Shown here piece after piece: positions 35,905 to 38,112 of a DNA stretch of 38,112 bases (its first letter is position 1; each line of letters starts with the position of its first letter). The translations under genes and the position numbers were made by a program. This stretch comes from a virus (taxonomy: Duplodnaviria > Caudoviricetes): IMG/VR virus record IMGVR_UViG_3300042363_000224, positions 1-38,112 of that record. One strand, given 5' to 3'. The notes beneath the pieces are model-generated. The model ran no database searches. It had not been told where the DNA came from and saw only the letters and a program-made list of their open reading frames with translations.

Positions 35905-35973
35905 AACTGGTAAGGATGAAATGTCCCCTTCGGGGGACATACACGAATAGTTTTTCGTGCTGATGATTCCAGT
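35905..35973 (+). ncRNA. Type II hammerhead ribozyme
   Basis: GAAA (35918-21), 8-bp stem III with UUCG loop, UA, 6-bp stem I, CUGAUGA (35960-66), short stem II; intergenic. Confidence 0.8.
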
Positions 35974-35999
35974 CCGAATCTGTACCTTGGAGGTATGTT

Positions 36000-36605
36000 A
36001 TGAGTAAGCAAGTGGCAGGGGCATTTATGCCCAGTGGTATAGGCAAAGAAATTGAGCCTGTAATGGTTGGCGATTACAAACACATTCAGTCGCTAATTGG
36101 CGGTTGTTTTGATGTTGTCACAACTAGGGTTGGTGGTAACGAAATCGTTGGTTATGTCCATGATGAGGGTTTGCTGATTGGTTTGGAACAAAACTGGTTT
36201 GCCAGTGCATTGTTTGAACGCAACCTAGTGGGTCCTTGCGTTATCATTGGTGGTGAGTCACCTGACGGATATTGTGATGGTGACAGTTATGATTTGCCTG
36301 AAAATTTCTTTTATTTCCTTGCAACGAAGTTCACGGAACATGTTGCTGACACATACAACGAGGCTACGACAGCAACGATTGTGTTGGAACTTGCCCAAAA
36401 GTTTGGTCTTGCAACCGAGGATGAACTCAATTTGCTTGTTAGCAAAATGGGTGACGAGATGAACACAGGTCAAAAGGGTGATGCCATGGAAATGCTGATT
36501 TCATTGACTAATCGGGTCAACGACCAGTTGGCTGATATGGCTAGCAAAGTAAAAGGCACGCAGTTGGTCAATGAAGTTGAGGAATTTTTGAAAGGAAATT
36601 CATAA
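36000..36605 (+). CDS. DUF3846-like domain protein
   Basis: IQSLIGG.FD...YVHDEGLL.GL..N..AS....LVGPCVIIG. Confidence 0.7.
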   Translation: MSKQVAGAFMPSGIGKEIEPVMVGDYKHIQSLIGGCFDVVTTRVGGNEIVGYVHDEGLLIGLEQNWFASALFERNLVGPCVIIGGESPDGYCDGDSYDLPENFFYFLATKFTEHVADTYNEATTATIVLELAQKFGLATEDELNLLVSKMGDEMNTGQKGDAMEMLISLTNRVNDQLADMASKVKGTQLVNEVEEFLKGNS

Positions 36606-36760
36606 TGTCAGATAGTCCAGTTGAACAGTTGGTGGGTCAGGGCAAGTATGAGTGTCCGACCTGTGAGAACACTATTGAGGTGTTCGTTCGCCTTAGCGAA
36701 CTTCCGTTATGTTGTAATCATGCAACAGGTAAAATTCAAATGCGAAAGGTAGGTAAGTAA
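36605..36760 (+). CDS. 51-aa Zn-ribbon protein (not in ORF track)
   Basis: YECPTC...PLCCNH; TAATG coupling. Confidence 0.7.
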   Translation: MSDSPVEQLVGQGKYECPTCENTIEVFVRLSELPLCCNHATGKIQMRKVGK

Positions 36761-36761
36761 C

Positions 36762-36947
36762 ATGTCATGTCCAATTTGTAATGGTCCGATTCCTAATGCG
36801 ATGGATGAAGGAAAATATTCGGGTGCGTTATCTCGGAGAGATAACAAGACTGAGATTTGCTCATCGTGTGGTGTTATGGAAGCGATTGAGGATTATAACC
36901 GTAGGTCGGTTATTGTTGAACGACCAACATTGACGGAGGGGATGTGA
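36762..36947 (+). CDS. Zn-finger protein
   Basis: CPIC...ALSRRDNKTEICSSCG. Confidence 0.75.
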   Translation: MSCPICNGPIPNAMDEGKYSGALSRRDNKTEICSSCGVMEAIEDYNRRSVIVERPTLTEGM

Positions 36948-37186
36948 TGCGTAAATTCAAGGCACGACATTATCCTGCGATGGAATTGTTGCGAATGTTT
37001 CGCCCTGAAACGGATGACACAATTATTGCGGAAACATTGGGGGTTCATCCTCAAATTGTTAGGAAATGGAAATATAAAAACACACAAATAAACCAGTGGT
37101 TTGCTGACAAGTATGCGATTCGTTTGGGTATGCATCCTTCGGCAGTATGGAATGATTGGTTTGAGATGGAGGCAGAACAAGTATGA
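36947..37186 (+). CDS. HTH DNA-binding protein
   Basis: IAETLGVHPQIVRKW...ADKYAIRLGMHPSAVW. Confidence 0.7.
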   Translation: MRKFKARHYPAMELLRMFRPETDDTIIAETLGVHPQIVRKWKYKNTQINQWFADKYAIRLGMHPSAVWNDWFEMEAEQV

Positions 37187-37353
37187 AATCACATGACGAA
37201 ATTTTTGATGTTGAGCAGAACATGAAACAAGTTTTCGGAGATGACCTCGCATTGGGGTTGTGTCTGAAATTGATTTATGATTTGACAACTGACGAGCAGT
37301 GGCAAAATCTAGTAGAAACAACGCTACAAGCAAGGCGGTTAGCAAGTGTGTGA
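37183..37353 (+). CDS. 56-aa hypothetical protein (not in ORF track)
   Basis: ATGA overlap, GGAGG SD; MKSHDEIF...RRLASV. Confidence 0.7.
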   Translation: MKSHDEIFDVEQNMKQVFGDDLALGLCLKLIYDLTTDEQWQNLVETTLQARRLASV

Positions 37354-38053
37354 TGACCATGGTTTGGATGATGTTACACCTATCGGTGTGAACATATCCT
37401 CCGATGCCATAAATGGTATGTGGATGGGTGACCGTATTGCATACATAAAAGGTTATGACCTGACGAACAGGCGTGACATTTTGGAATGGTTGGAAGCAGT
37501 AACACAAGTGCATGACCAGTTTGTTTCCGAGTTCATGGGTGATTCGTTTGATGAGTTGCAACTGTTGGAATTACCAACGAACCCGTTGCAACGCTGGATG
37601 ATTATTCGTGACTCGGTAGCAAAAATCATAAACCAATTTCAAAATGTTACCAGTGTTCTTCAAGTGATTGACCAGTTGGGTGTGTCCCTAGATGAGTACA
37701 TGACAGCGTTCAGCACGAACAAGTTTGGTGGTTATATTGACCGAGCAACCTTTGCGGAATTTGAATCCGACATGCTGAAGGAACGCCCAAATTACATGAA
37801 ATTAGTGCGTAAATACGGGCTAAATCGCAACATGGTGAAAAGTTTCCAAGAACTGTACGAACCAATAGTGGTTCGCACTTATGGTCGTGGAAACAACATG
37901 GGACTAGTTAGAAAAGAGTTCCATGAAATGATTATGGCGGGGACAATATCAAACAAAGAAATAGTCAGAATAATAAATGAGAAATACGGGACCAATTATG
38001 TTCCTGACACAGTTCGCTGGCATAAGCGACAAATAAAAAAGAAGGATGTATAA
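37346..38053 (+). CDS. Hypothetical protein with probable C-terminal HTH
   Basis: SNKEIVRIINEKYG......TVRWHK. Confidence 0.65.
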   Translation: MCDDHGLDDVTPIGVNISSDAINGMWMGDRIAYIKGYDLTNRRDILEWLEAVTQVHDQFVSEFMGDSFDELQLLELPTNPLQRWMIIRDSVAKIINQFQNVTSVLQVIDQLGVSLDEYMTAFSTNKFGGYIDRATFAEFESDMLKERPNYMKLVRKYGLNRNMVKSFQELYEPIVVRTYGRGNNMGLVRKEFHEMIMAGTISNKEIVRIINEKYGTNYVPDTVRWHKRQIKKKDV

Positions 38054-38112
38054 CTATATGTGTTACTATTTGTCCATGCTAATTATTGGAGGTTATAAAT
38101 GAGAATAGATAG

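Noticed and set aside
38036-38112. Terminal repeat as a biological direct terminal repeat
   Set aside because: It is exactly 77 bp, a usual assembler k-mer, and cuts through genes. It indicates circular assembly, not virion ends.
1-38112. Alternative genetic code or stop-codon reassignment
   Set aside because: Standard code 11 gives full-length, tightly packed genes ending in TAA, TAG and TGA.

Overview
Apparently complete, circularly assembled ~38.0-kb tailed-phage genome (bases 1-77 repeat at 38036-38112). Its gene layout is podovirus-like and its gene content resembles freshwater phages; an actinobacterial host is only an inference. The + strand carries early and replication genes (31.9 kb through the join to 5.9 kb): MoxR/CbbQ-type AAA ATPase with a vWA-like partner, HTH and Zn-ribbon proteins, Cas4/RecB-like nuclease, SSB candidate, SF4 helicase, AEP primase, HslV/proteasome-beta-like protein, RusA and a sigma-region-4-like protein. 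The - strand carries late genes (29.7 to 5.8 kb): TerS, fibre and surface genes, lysis, TerL, portal, scaffold, major capsid, Lys-rich mini-proteins, tail adaptor/nozzle and three putative ejection proteins. A + strand block of small basic proteins lies at 30-31.6 kb. I recognised no DNA polymerase, RNA polymerase, integrase or CRISPR array. The most notable signals are non-coding: (1) a (G/A)GAAC-N8-TA motif exactly 15 nt upstream of many late start codons, most lacking an SD; (2) a ~490-nt densely structured RNA candidate ending in a tRNA-like T-arm; (3) a type II hammerhead ribozyme; (4) two long leader hairpins with anti-Shine-Dalgarno loops. All family assignments and folds were made by eye, without database searches.
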